Shown one piece after another: positions 30,380 to 40,916 of a stretch of 48,417 nucleotides of DNA. The notes beneath the pieces are model-generated. The model was not told the origin of the DNA, made no database searches, and saw only the letters and a program-made list of their open reading frames with translations. The stretch is from Pseudomonadota bacterium (lineage in GTDB: Bacteria; UBA10199; 2-02-FULL-44-16; JAAZCA01). The number at the start of each line of letters is the position of its first letter. The first letter of the stretch is position 1. The translations under genes and the position numbers were made by a program. Location of the stretch: contig JAZDOG010000037.1 in the NCBI GenBank assembly GCA_043798915.1, positions 1-48,417 of the forward strand, given 5' to 3'.

Positions 30380-30994
30380 ATGTTCATGAATCAGGGGCGT
30401 CCGTCGGGCTGGATGGAACTCGTCTGCGGGCCGATGTTCTCGGGCAAGACAGAGGAGCTGATCAGACGCCTGCGGCTCGCGCAGATAGCCAAGCAGCGCG
30501 TCGAGATATTCAAGCCGGCGCTCGACAACCGATACTCCGAAGAACACATCTCATCCCACAACGACCAGAAGTTCACCTGCACGCCGGTCACAGATGCGAC
30601 GCATATCCTCGAGCTCGTGGGCGACCACACGCGCGTCGTGGGGATAGATGAGGCGCAGTTTTTCGACGGCAAGATAGTCGCCGTCTGCCAGAAGCTCGCA
30701 AACCGGGGTCTCCGCGTCATCGTGGCGGGGCTCGATCAGGACTATCTCGGCCGTCCCTTCGGCCCCATGCCGGAGCTGCTGGCGCTCGCCGAATCGGCCC
30801 TCAAGCTCAAGGCAGTGTGCATGGTGTGCGGCGGGCTCGCCACGAAAACGCAGCGCCTCACCAAGGAGACGATGCAGGTCGTGGTCGGCGCATCCGAACA
30901 CTATGAGGCGCGCTGCCGCGCGTGCTTCGACCCGGACATGGGGATGGCCAGGACTGAGCCTCTCTTCACCCCGCCTCGCACGGAAAATAAATGA
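30380..30994 (+). CDS. tdk: thymidine kinase
   Basis: GPMFSGKTEEL, GIDEAQFF, CxxC...YEARCRAC; AAGGAG RBS. Confidence 0.96.
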   Translation: MFMNQGRPSGWMELVCGPMFSGKTEELIRRLRLAQIAKQRVEIFKPALDNRYSEEHISSHNDQKFTCTPVTDATHILELVGDHTRVVGIDEAQFFDGKIVAVCQKLANRGLRVIVAGLDQDYLGRPFGPMPELLALAESALKLKAVCMVCGGLATKTQRLTKETMQVVVGASEHYEARCRACFDPDMGMARTEPLFTPPRTENK

Positions 30995-32325
30995 AAGACG
31001 CGCTCGCCCGATATTTTGATCTCGCCGGCAGGGGAACCTCGCTCAGGACGGAGGTCGTCGCAGGGCTCACGACCTTCCTCACGATGGCCTACATCATATT
31101 CGTGCAGCCGCAGGTGCTCGGGGCGGCTGGCATGGACCCGGGCTCGGTCATGGCGGCCACCTGCATAGCGGCCGCGGCCGGCTCGCTCATAATGGGGATT
31201 CTCGCAAACTACCCGATCGGCGTCGCGCCGGGAATGGGCGAGAATTTCTTCTTCACCTACACCGTGGTGATCGCGATGGGCATCGCATGGGAGAAGGCGC
31301 TTGCGATCGTCTTCATTTCCGGCGTCGTTTTTATCCTCCTCACTCTCTTCCGAATCCGGGAGATGGTGATAAACGCCGTGCCTGAATGTTTGAAACAGGG
31401 CATCGCAGTCGGGATCGGCCTCTTCATCGCATTCATCGGCCTTTCGGAAGCGGGGCTCGTCGTCGCAAATCCCGGCGGGCTGTTGAAGATGGGGGCCCTG
31501 CACGAGGGCCCGGTCATCCTCGCCGTCTTTGGAATATTCGTCACCGCCGTCCTCGTCGCAAGGGGCGTCAAGGGGGCGATCATCCTCGGCATGATCGCAA
31601 CCGCCATCGTCGGGATGGCGACCGGGATGCTCAAATACGGGGGGCTCATCAGCGCGCCGCCGTCGATCGCGCCGACGTTCCTCAGGATGGACCTGGCAGG
31701 CGCGCTCCACTGGCGCTACGCCGTGCCGATTGCGATCTTTCTTTACATGGCCCTCTTCGACACGATAGGGACGCTCATCGGCGTCGCATCGCAGGCGGGG
31801 ATGATGAAGGACGGCAGGATGCCGCGCGCATCGCGGGCGCTGATGGCCGATGCGACAGCCACGACGATCGGCGCAGCACTCGGCACTTCGACGACGCTCG
31901 CTTATGTCGAGTCGATCGCGGGCGTGAAGGCGGGCGGAAGGACAGGCATCACGGCTATCGTCGTGGGGCTCCTCTTCCTGGCCGCCCTCTTCTTTTTCCC
32001 GCTGGTCCGGACGATAAGCGGCGGCATCGCCCTCCCGGGCGGAGCCATCCTCCATCCGGTCACAGCGCCGGCGCTCGTCATCGTCGGCTCCATGATGATG
32101 TGGGGGGTAAAAAACATCAGATGGGAGGATTATTCGGACGCGATCCCTGCATTCCTGACGATCGTCGCGATGCCGTTCACGTTCAGCATCGCACAGGGCA
32201 TCGCCATCGGGTTCGTGAGCTATCCGATCATCAAGCTCTCATCGGGCAAAGGGCGTGAGGTGAGCCCGCTGACATATATCCTTGGTCTGCTCTTTATTTT
32301 GAAATTCGTGTTCCTCGAAAACTGA
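30991..32325 (+). CDS. NCS2-family (AzgA/PbuG-like) nucleobase permease
   Basis: EVVAGLTTFLTMAYI, APGMGENFFF, FDTIGTL, YVESIAGVKAGGRTG. Confidence 0.93.
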   Translation: MKDALARYFDLAGRGTSLRTEVVAGLTTFLTMAYIIFVQPQVLGAAGMDPGSVMAATCIAAAAGSLIMGILANYPIGVAPGMGENFFFTYTVVIAMGIAWEKALAIVFISGVVFILLTLFRIREMVINAVPECLKQGIAVGIGLFIAFIGLSEAGLVVANPGGLLKMGALHEGPVILAVFGIFVTAVLVARGVKGAIILGMIATAIVGMATGMLKYGGLISAPPSIAPTFLRMDLAGALHWRYAVPIAIFLYMALFDTIGTLIGVASQAGMMKDGRMPRASRALMADATATTIGAALGTSTTLAYVESIAGVKAGGRTGITAIVVGLLFLAALFFFPLVRTISGGIALPGGAILHPVTAPALVIVGSMMMWGVKNIRWEDYSDAIPAFLTIVAMPFTFSIAQGIAIGFVSYPIIKLSSGKGREVSPLTYILGLLFILKFVFLEN

Positions 32326-32349
32326 CTAACGCGGGAGGATTGAAAAAAT

Positions 32350-33036
32350 ATGGCACCAAAAGAGACACTTGATCTTCGCGAAGCGCTGATAGACGCGCAC
32401 GCGCACTTTTTCTTCCTCAAGGGGCAGGAGGCGATGAGGCTGCGCCTCTGGCAGATACTCTCCGACGCTGTCGTCATCGACAGGCCCGTCGGCGCCCCGA
32501 TGCGAAGGACCGTCCTGGGCTACATACCCACGCTCGACGGCAACGGCGTATACGAGATAGAGGGAACGGTCTCGTCCGAACCGCTGCCCGACCAGATGCC
32601 CGACACCATCCGCATCGACGTGGACCCTTCGACTGTCAGGCTCGTCAACCGCAGGCTCTATCCCAGGGTGAGCTTCGCGCCTCCCCTCGAGGCAACCGCA
32701 ACCGCCGACGAAGAAAAAACCGTCATCCCCGCGAAGATCGTAAATTTCAGCGCAGGGGGACTCAGGGTCGAAACACCGACCGCGCTATCACCCGCAAGAG
32801 TTTATACGTTCCGCTTCATAATAGAGACGGAAGACGAAACACACGACTTGAACCTCGCCGGCATGATCATCTACGAGCTGCCTTTGGAAGCTGGGCATGC
32901 ATACGGCGTGCGGTTCGGGCGGCCGAGCGAAGCGAAAAAGGCAGAAGCGCCCAATGAAGAAGCCCCGGTCGAATCGCTCGAGCGGACCGTTGATCTCCTG
33001 GGTCTGGTCAACAGGCTGCTGGTGAGAGAGGGATAG
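32350..33036 (+). CDS. PilZ-domain protein
   Basis: NRRLYPRV (RxxxR) and NFSAGG (D/NxSxxG) c-di-GMP motifs; GGGAGG RBS. Confidence 0.85.
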   Translation: MAPKETLDLREALIDAHAHFFFLKGQEAMRLRLWQILSDAVVIDRPVGAPMRRTVLGYIPTLDGNGVYEIEGTVSSEPLPDQMPDTIRIDVDPSTVRLVNRRLYPRVSFAPPLEATATADEEKTVIPAKIVNFSAGGLRVETPTALSPARVYTFRFIIETEDETHDLNLAGMIIYELPLEAGHAYGVRFGRPSEAKKAEAPNEEAPVESLERTVDLLGLVNRLLVREG

Positions 33037-33082
33037 ATAAGAGCCTGTTCGTCGACCTTCGAAAATTTTTCGAGGAGCAATC

Positions 33083-33382
33083 ATGACCGGCGGCATTCCA
33101 GATGATAAATGGCGGGGTATCATCGGCATCATAAAAAAACATTCCAATATTACCAGTGTGATCTTATACGGCTCCCGCGCCAAAGGAAATTTTCAGAATG
33201 GCTCAGATATAGACCTGGCCGTAAAAGGAAACGGCATATCCTCCGAACAACTGACACAGATCGGCCTTGATTACGAAGACCTTTACCTCCCATGGAAATT
33301 GAGCGTGACGGTTTACGACAACATTTCCAATGCAGATCCGATCGACCACATCAACCGTGTGGGAATAGATATTCTTCGCTGA
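33083..33382 (+). CDS. MNT-type minimal nucleotidyltransferase (possibly degenerate)
   Basis: VILYGSRAKG...SDIDLAV; 99 aa. Confidence 0.85.
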   Translation: MTGGIPDDKWRGIIGIIKKHSNITSVILYGSRAKGNFQNGSDIDLAVKGNGISSEQLTQIGLDYEDLYLPWKLSVTVYDNISNADPIDHINRVGIDILR

Positions 33383-33444
33383 AATCCGGGGGCACGAGGC
33401 ATAATTCGAGATAAGTGCCCCCTGATTTATGTGACTGTTTTGAT

Positions 33445-33855
33445 TCAACGGCCATCACCGGTGAAAGGTTCAGTGATGATTTGCCCCGCCTTGTAATCGA
33501 CGGTCACTCTGAATCGTTTGAAGAAATCGAGACCGATGAGGGCGTCGACACCCCAGTTTTTCTCAAAATGTGAAAGATATACCGGCATCTCCTTGAGCAC
33601 ATGCCCGCAGATTTCGATCTGCGGCAAAATGAGTTTCCCATATTTCTGCGTCTGCAATCCCGGTTTTATCTGCGTGTCCTGGCCTGGCTGAGCAATGAAT
33701 TTTGCATAGTGAAGGAACTGGTCTGAAAACTCAGTGAACGGCGCTCCTGTATCCAGAACAGCCCGCAGTTTCATCCTCTTACCAGATGGATTCACCACAA
33801 AGGCTACGAAATGGATGTGGTGAGCCTTTGTATCAAAAGCAGTGATGTTGGGCAT
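33445..33855 (-). CDS. retropepsin-like aspartyl protease
   Basis: LDTGA catalytic motif and LIGLDFF; start overlaps the upstream small gene. Confidence 0.85.
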   Translation of the reverse strand: MPNITAFDTKAHHIHFVAFVVNPSGKRMKLRAVLDTGAPFTEFSDQFLHYAKFIAQPGQDTQIKPGLQTQKYGKLILPQIEICGHVLKEMPVYLSHFEKNWGVDALIGLDFFKRFRVTVDYKAGQIITEPFTGDGR

Positions 33856-34072
33856 GGTCCCGGAATCCCCTGAATGTCGATTCACCGGTGTATTCAAATG
33901 CACAGTCCTTGTCCAAAGCGGGTAGCCGATAGACCTCATCTTTGTCTGCGGAATGTCTCTCTACGACACCGACTGAAACATTTCCGTATTGATCGGTTTC
34001 GTAGTCCGTGATGAGCAGCCACTCATCCGGATATGCCTTTTTCATCTCATTCCACGTCATTTTTTGACCCAT
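33833..34072 (-). CDS. small hypothetical protein (DUF5678-like)
   Basis: MTWNEMKKAYPDEWLLI...GVVERHS.DKDEVY...YTG pattern; GAGGAGG RBS; TTGTAC-N17-TAATAT promoter. Confidence 0.75.
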   Translation of the reverse strand: MGQKMTWNEMKKAYPDEWLLITDYETDQYGNVSVGVVERHSADKDEVYRLPALDKDCAFEYTGESTFRGFRDHAQHHCF

Positions 34073-34144
34073 AACCAGCCTCCTCTCTCCAAGTGCAGAA
34101 GAATATTACTCCAAGCCAGGCCTGCGTACAATGTCAAAAAATAT

Positions 34145-34663
34145 TTATTTGAACGCTCCGATATAAGGCAGCGAGCGGTAAAGCCCCTCCGAATCCAATC
34201 CATAGCCGATGATGTAGCGCCGCGGCGACTCGAAGCCGATGTAGTCGACGAGCTTTCTGGACTCCTCGTTGTTCCCCTTGTAGAGCAGCGTCGCCACCTT
34301 GAAGCGGGCCGGCCGCTTCGATTCGATATGGCGAGTCAGGTGGACGAGCGTCTTTCCGGTCTCGACTATATCCTCCACGAGCAGGACATTTTTGCCTCCG
34401 ATCGGCTGGGTCATGTCGAATTCCATGCGCACGACGCCCGTATCGCGGTCGTGCTCGTAGCTCGAAACGCGGATGAAGTCGCACGCTAGCGGCCGCTTTA
34501 TGCAGCGCACGAGATCGGACATGAAGATGAAGGAACCCTTGAGGACGCCGACGACGACCATCTCGCCGTCGGCAAAATCGGCCTCGATCTCGCGGGCGAG
34601 TTCGGCCACGCGCTTTTGAATCTCTTTTGCATCGAACAGAACATCCACTTTCCTGTCGGTCAT
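34145..34663 (-). CDS. hpt: hypoxanthine phosphoribosyltransferase
   Basis: GVLKGSFIFMSDL, VLLVEDIVETGKT, IGYGLD..YRSLPYI. Confidence 0.95.
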   Translation of the reverse strand: MTDRKVDVLFDAKEIQKRVAELAREIEADFADGEMVVVGVLKGSFIFMSDLVRCIKRPLACDFIRVSSYEHDRDTGVVRMEFDMTQPIGGKNVLLVEDIVETGKTLVHLTRHIESKRPARFKVATLLYKGNNEESRKLVDYIGFESPRRYIIGYGLDSEGLYRSLPYIGAFK

Positions 34664-34675
34664 GAATCCTCCAAA

Positions 34676-35377
34676 TCAGTCAGCCAGTTTGCTGCACAGC
34701 TCCTCGGCCGCGCGGCGCATGTCGTCCGCGGCATAGATGCCCCGGCCGACTATCGCATGATAGCTCTCGCCGGCGGCCGCCGCCGCCTCGCTGATCTCGC
34801 CGCCCTGGGCGACGAACCCCGGCGAGTAGAAGACAGGATGGGAATGCTCGCGAACGAGCATGGCGCGGATCTTCTTGATCGCCTCGGGGTTGTTCCCCGG
34901 AACGACGTAGTCGTTGACGCCCAGGTTCGCGGCCTTCTCGTACATCTCGATGATCGCCTCGTCGGCGATGTAGCCGCCGTCGCTACGGACATATTTCTTG
35001 TGGGTCATGAGCCCGCCGACGATGACCCCCATCTCTTCGCCCAGGGCATAGTCTATCCACGCGCGCTCGGTCTCCGGGCCGGCCTGGGGGAAGAGGATCA
35101 CGGCGTTGATGCCCGCTTCCCTGCAGACCCTTGCAAACGCCTTCCCGGTGTCCGGGATGTCCGTGCCGGCCTTCTGGTGATCGTAGATGAGCGTCTTTTT
35201 CGTGTGGCGCCTGGCGATCTCGACGGCCTTGGGCAATCCGATGGAGAGCGCCAGCACAAAGCCCAGCTTGTATCCGCCGATGCCGGGGAGATCGGCCGTC
35301 GCCTTGACGAGCGCCTCGTAGCGCAGGGCATCGCAATCGCATGCGGGGATGATGCTTCTCGGAATATCTATGATCAT
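34676..35377 (-). CDS. pyrF: orotidine 5'-phosphate decarboxylase (atypical motif)
   Basis: IIPACD, YKLG, YDHQKAGTDIPDT, YSPGFVAQGG, IVGRGIY; AAGGAG RBS; adjacent to pyrE. Confidence 0.88.
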   Translation of the reverse strand: MIIDIPRSIIPACDCDALRYEALVKATADLPGIGGYKLGFVLALSIGLPKAVEIARRHTKKTLIYDHQKAGTDIPDTGKAFARVCREAGINAVILFPQAGPETERAWIDYALGEEMGVIVGGLMTHKKYVRSDGGYIADEAIIEMYEKAANLGVNDYVVPGNNPEAIKKIRAMLVREHSHPVFYSPGFVAQGGEISEAAAAAGESYHAIVGRGIYAADDMRRAAEELCSKLAD

Positions 35378-35392
35378 GGCCAACTCCTTTGG

Positions 35393-36085
35393 TTAGACTG
35401 GCAGCTTGAGCGGCTTCACGCCGTATTGCCGAAACTCCTCCTCGATCGAGGAAACGATTTTCTCGCCTGGCTTGAATGCGCGGCACGCCTCCGGGAGAAA
35501 TTCGGTCGCATCGCTGAGCGAATGATATTGTACCCCTCGTTCTGATATCGCCTCGGCGACGCTCTTTCCATCGTCCCGCTTCTCCATCCTGTTTGTAAGA
35601 CCGATCGCTGCAAGGATATGCACATCCACCTGAGCCAGATGATCGAGGGTCGTGATGAGCGAACCGCCTGTCGTAGTCACGTCCTCGATCACAACGATAT
35701 TGCCTCTGGGTTCGCCGACAAAAAAACGATCTTTCGAAGAGCCGTGTTCCTTCACTCGCCCCCGTCCCATCGGCATTGGATGGCTGCCGACCGCGTAGTT
35801 TTTCTGCGCCTTTGCCCATTTGAAAGTCGTGACGATGCCGAGCTTTGAGGCCCCCTCAGGAACGCCATAAAATGCATCGGGAGAAAGATTGAAGTCCGAA
35901 ACAAAATCGATCAGAAAATCGGAGAGACGATCCAGCAAAAAGACATCCCCGGCGACAGTGCGCCAGTTAACATACCACTGCGACTGCCTCCCCGACTTTA
36001 GAGTCACAGGCTTGTCGAAAAAACCGACGACCCGATTGTCGATGAGAAACCGGTCAAACGCCTTTCTATCAAACCTTGTCACCAT
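35393..36085 (-). CDS. pyrE: orotate phosphoribosyltransferase
   Basis: TLKSGRQS.WYVN.R, KEHG, VVIEDVTTTGGS (PRPP-binding motif). Confidence 0.9.
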   Translation of the reverse strand: MVTRFDRKAFDRFLIDNRVVGFFDKPVTLKSGRQSQWYVNWRTVAGDVFLLDRLSDFLIDFVSDFNLSPDAFYGVPEGASKLGIVTTFKWAKAQKNYAVGSHPMPMGRGRVKEHGSSKDRFFVGEPRGNIVVIEDVTTTGGSLITTLDHLAQVDVHILAAIGLTNRMEKRDDGKSVAEAISERGVQYHSLSDATEFLPEACRAFKPGEKIVSSIEEEFRQYGVKPLKLPV

Positions 36086-36086
36086 G

Positions 36087-36173
36087 TGCCCAGGACCGGA
36101 ATCGAACCGGTACGCCCCTTTTGGGAGCTCTGGATTTTAAGTCCAGTGCGTCTGCCAGTTCCGCCACCCGGGC
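36087..36173 (-). tRNA. tRNA-Leu(TAA), CCA not encoded
   Basis: GCCCGGGTGGCGGAACTGGCAGACGCACTGGACTTAAAATCCAG...GGTTCGATTCCGGTCCTGGGCA, with a long variable arm. Confidence 0.96.
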
Positions 36174-36253
36174 CAATCGTCACAATTCACCAGTATAACC
36201 AATATAAAAGGTGGGACACGGAGCAGATGGATCTTTTTCAACAGCCTGCCTTG

Positions 36254-36326
36254 AGGCGGCGACCGGAATTGAACCGGTATATAACGGTTTTGCAGACCGT
36301 CCCCTTAGCCATTTGGGTACGCCGCC
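36254..36326 (-). tRNA. tRNA-Cys(GCA), CCA not encoded
   Basis: GGCGGCGTACCCAAATGGCTAAGGGGACGGTCTGCAAAACCGTTATATACCGGTTCAATTCCGGTCGCCGCCT, U73 discriminator. Confidence 0.96.
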
Positions 36327-36372
36327 GTAGATCAAATAAGTTTTGTGTGGGTAACACACCATCGCAGGGCCG

Positions 36373-36570
36373 TCAAGAATGACCCCTGCCCTTCTCGTGA
36401 AGGGAAAAACCCGCGCGCGCTATCAATTCCAGGACCTCGCTCTTCGACCGGCCGGTCTCCTTCGAGACGCGTGCGACGTCATCCACAAGCCCCTGCGACA
36501 GATAGAAGGCGTAGCTCTTCTTGCGCGACCTTCTGTCGGGCTTGAGTTTTTTTTCGACGACCGGAGACAC
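36373..36570 (-). CDS. small ribbon-helix-helix (CopG-like) DNA-binding protein
   Basis: KKSYAFYLSQGLVDDVARVSKETGRSKSEVLE pattern; GTG start after GAGGTG. Confidence 0.7.
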   Translation of the reverse strand: MSPVVEKKLKPDRRSRKKSYAFYLSQGLVDDVARVSKETGRSKSEVLELIARAGFSLHEKGRGHS

Positions 36571-36594
36571 CGGATCACCTCGCTTGAGGCCCGA

Positions 36595-36660
36595 GCAATA
36601 TCCGATTGGCCGATACATGTCAAATCACACGTTGACATATATTATAAAATATATTAGATG
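36595..36660. promoter_or_regulatory. back-to-back sigma70 promoters with an operator-like palindrome
   Basis: TGTCAA-N8-TTGACA (36618-36637). Minus: TTGACA-N17-TATTGC. Plus: TTGACA-N17-TAGATG, with ATATATT-ATAA-AATATAT spanning the spacer. Confidence 0.65.
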
Positions 36661-36688
36661 TTAGATGAGACACAACGGGGGAGGGACA

Positions 36689-36853
36689 ATGAAACCCTTA
36701 AGATTCGAGGAATTGGAAAGAAAGGTATCCATCCTCAAGAAGCGCTGCCCCTGGGTCGCAACGCTATTGCTGCACTGCCTCAAGACCCGCAATCCCCAGG
36801 CGCTTGAGGCCATGAAAAGCGTGCTGTCGCGGCTGCGCCCCTCCGCCATCTAG
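36689..36853 (+). CDS. small basic hypothetical protein (54 aa)
   Basis: GGGGGAGGG RBS, own promoter, fills the gap. Confidence 0.6.
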   Translation: MKPLRFEELERKVSILKKRCPWVATLLLHCLKTRNPQALEAMKSVLSRLRPSAI

Positions 36854-36872
36854 GCGCTGAAGGCGGTCCCGG

Positions 36873-37772
36873 TCACTTGCCCTCTTTTCCCTCTGTCTGT
36901 CCATCTGTCTTCTCCTCGTCTTCTCTGACGGCTGGCGCCGGCGGCACCTTCTTCCCCTCTTTCGCAAGTTCCTCCTCGTAATAGCCCATAACCTCCGGCA
37001 AAAGCTTCTCCAGCGCCGACGCGCGGGCGCCGCTCGACGGATGCGAGGCATAGATGCTCGTGCGGTCCTTCTTCTTCTTCGCCGCCCTCTTCCAGAGTTG
37101 GGCGGCGACGCGCGGGTCATACCCGGCCTTGGCCATGTAGATAATCCCTATCCTGTCGGCCTCGCTCTCGTTCTTGCGCGAGTAGCTCGGGAGATAGAGG
37201 TTCATTCCGTTGGAAAATATCTGCCCGAAGAGATCCGCCCCTGAGGAAGAACCCCCTGCGGCGATGGCCGTCTCCACGGCAGCCCCCACGAACTGGATGG
37301 TCATGCTCTTGCTGATCGCCTCCGTCACGTGCCTGGCGTTCGCGTGCGCGATCTCATGCGCCAGCACCGCCGCGAGCTGGTCGTCGTTGCCCTTCTCGAC
37401 GAGCCCCTTCTTCGGATCCCAAAGCCCCGTGTAGACCATGATCTTCCCGCCGGGGGCGCACCAGGCGTTGACGATGTTGATGTCGGCCAGATGGGCCTCG
37501 TACGGAAAGGTGGGGTAATGCGAGACGGGGGCGATCCGGTCGACGATCCTTTTTATCCGCTCGTACTCCTTCGGATCGGCCGCCGCATCAAGCTTCTTGC
37601 CCTTGGCATTGAATTCCTTCGTCTGCACAAGGAGGACCTGGCCGCCAAGCTTGGGCTCGCTGCTCAAGTTGTAATAATTGAGCGTCGTCTTCCCGGTGAC
37701 GAGATCCTTGGCGCAGCCCCAAGCCAAAGCCGGAAGTAATGCGGCAATCAAAAAACACTTATGATGCTTCAT
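36873..37772 (-). CDS. M48-family zinc metallopeptidase lipoprotein
   Basis: Lipobox LAWGC; NAWCAPGGKI, AHEIAH, YSRKNESEAD, SHP. Confidence 0.92.
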   Translation of the reverse strand: MKHHKCFLIAALLPALAWGCAKDLVTGKTTLNYYNLSSEPKLGGQVLLVQTKEFNAKGKKLDAAADPKEYERIKRIVDRIAPVSHYPTFPYEAHLADINIVNAWCAPGGKIMVYTGLWDPKKGLVEKGNDDQLAAVLAHEIAHANARHVTEAISKSMTIQFVGAAVETAIAAGGSSSGADLFGQIFSNGMNLYLPSYSRKNESEADRIGIIYMAKAGYDPRVAAQLWKRAAKKKKDRTSIYASHPSSGARASALEKLLPEVMGYYEEELAKEGKKVPPAPAVREDEEKTDGQTEGKEGK

Positions 37773-39225
37773 GGCACACCTTTCGCCCGCCGGACACGAC
37801 GCTCACGAACCAGCCAACCGCCACGGTGGTCGTCATCGATATCACCGGGTACCACGGCCACGAGACCGGCCACCTGAACACCCTGGTGACCAGCGCCAGC
37901 ACCGCCATTCCCATTATCGCGCCGACGAAGGCCCCCGTCCCGCTGGCCTTCTTAATCACCACAGCGAGGATGAAGAGACCCAGCAGGGCGCCCGTGAAGA
38001 GGGAGGTGAACGACAGCGCGAGCGAGAAAAGATTTTCGCCGAAGCTCGCCATGTAGAGCGCGATGCCGATGCCGATCGTGCCCCACGCGACCGAGCTCAA
38101 CCTCGCAAACTTCATGGAGTGCTCGCGCGAACCGCCGAATCGCAGGAAGAAATCTATCGTGGCCGTCTCGGAGAGGGCGTTGATGGCGGAGCTGATAGAA
38201 CTCATGGCAGCCGCGAAGACCGCCGCGACGATGAGGCCTGAGACGCCCCACGTGAGTTTGGTCGCCACGTAGTGCGGCAGCACGTCGTTGACGCTGGCAA
38301 CCTTTCCAAGATCCTCAGGATAGACCTGATAGAAGCCCCAGAGGAAAATGCCCACGCTGAAGAAGAGGATCGCGACCGCAAGGCCCAGCACCGCTGAGAG
38401 GATGGCCGCATACCTCGCCCTCCTCACGTCCGTGCAGGAGAGATAGCGCTGCACGAACTGCTGGTCGGTCGCGCGGATCGCCATATCGAGGGCGATATAT
38501 GCAAAGCCCGCGGCCCAGATGTTGCGCGGGTTGGCAAAGCTCCACGATGTGTCGAAGAGCTTGAGCTTGCCCGCCGCCGACGCCTTCTCGAATATCCCGT
38601 GCACCCCGCCCGGGACGTCCAACCCGATGAAGAGGCAGATGATCAGCGCTCCTATGAAGAGGATGCCGAATTGCATCACGTCGGTCCATATGACCGCGCG
38701 TATCCCGCCCACCGCCGTGTATGCGACGGTGACGATCCCGACCACGACGATGACGAGCCGCATATCGAGGCCGCTCACCTGCGCGACCATTATGGACGGG
38801 CCGTAGATGAGGATTCCGGTCCTCAGCAGCACATGGATGACATAGAAAACGCTCGCGAGCGAGCGGGTCTTGAGGTCGAACCTCTTCTCCAGCACCTCAT
38901 ATGCGGATGTGGCCCCGGACCTGCTGAAGAAGGGTATGAAGATCCAGCAGACGATGAATATGGAGATCGGGACGCCGAGATTGAGCTGCAGGAGCCTCAG
39001 GTCGAACTGATAGGCCTCCGCCGGGTTTCCCAAAAACGTCGACGCCGAGACGGATGTCGCGATGAGCGAAAGGCCCACCGCCCACCAGGGCATCTGCCTC
39101 CTGGCGAAGAAATAATCCAGCACGCCATCCTGCCCGGAACGGTAGACGAAGCCGATGAGGAGGACGATCGCAAAGTACGCGGCGAGCACAACCCAATCGA
39201 TGAATGCGAATGGCTGATGAATCAT
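37759..39225 (-). CDS. sodium:solute symporter (SSS/SLC5)
   Basis: YFFARRQMPWWAVGLS, GGIRAVIWTDVMQ, DQQFVQRYL, AAAMSSISS. Confidence 0.93.
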   Translation of the reverse strand: MIHQPFAFIDWVVLAAYFAIVLLIGFVYRSGQDGVLDYFFARRQMPWWAVGLSLIATSVSASTFLGNPAEAYQFDLRLLQLNLGVPISIFIVCWIFIPFFSRSGATSAYEVLEKRFDLKTRSLASVFYVIHVLLRTGILIYGPSIMVAQVSGLDMRLVIVVVGIVTVAYTAVGGIRAVIWTDVMQFGILFIGALIICLFIGLDVPGGVHGIFEKASAAGKLKLFDTSWSFANPRNIWAAGFAYIALDMAIRATDQQFVQRYLSCTDVRRARYAAILSAVLGLAVAILFFSVGIFLWGFYQVYPEDLGKVASVNDVLPHYVATKLTWGVSGLIVAAVFAAAMSSISSAINALSETATIDFFLRFGGSREHSMKFARLSSVAWGTIGIGIALYMASFGENLFSLALSFTSLFTGALLGLFILAVVIKKASGTGAFVGAIMGMAVLALVTRVFRWPVSWPWYPVISMTTTVAVGWFVSVVSGGRKVCHEAS

Positions 39226-39228
39226 AGA

Positions 39229-40812
<1,584 letters not shown>

Positions 40813-40916
40813 AAGGAACTGTATGATAGTTACTTTTCAACCCTCTGAAAAGCCTATTTTTTCGGACCAAAGAATTGGATTGAAGCAAACCTTAAACCAG
40901 TTTATGACATGCTCCC

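Noticed and set aside
36608..36616. GGCCGATAC as a fifth sigma28-like motif
   Set aside because: No CAACT-like element 13 nt upstream, and it lies in the spacer of a sigma70 promoter.
36087..36853. Prophage or genomic island integrated at tRNA-Leu/Cys
   Set aside because: No integrase and no duplicated tRNA 3' end seen in the window.
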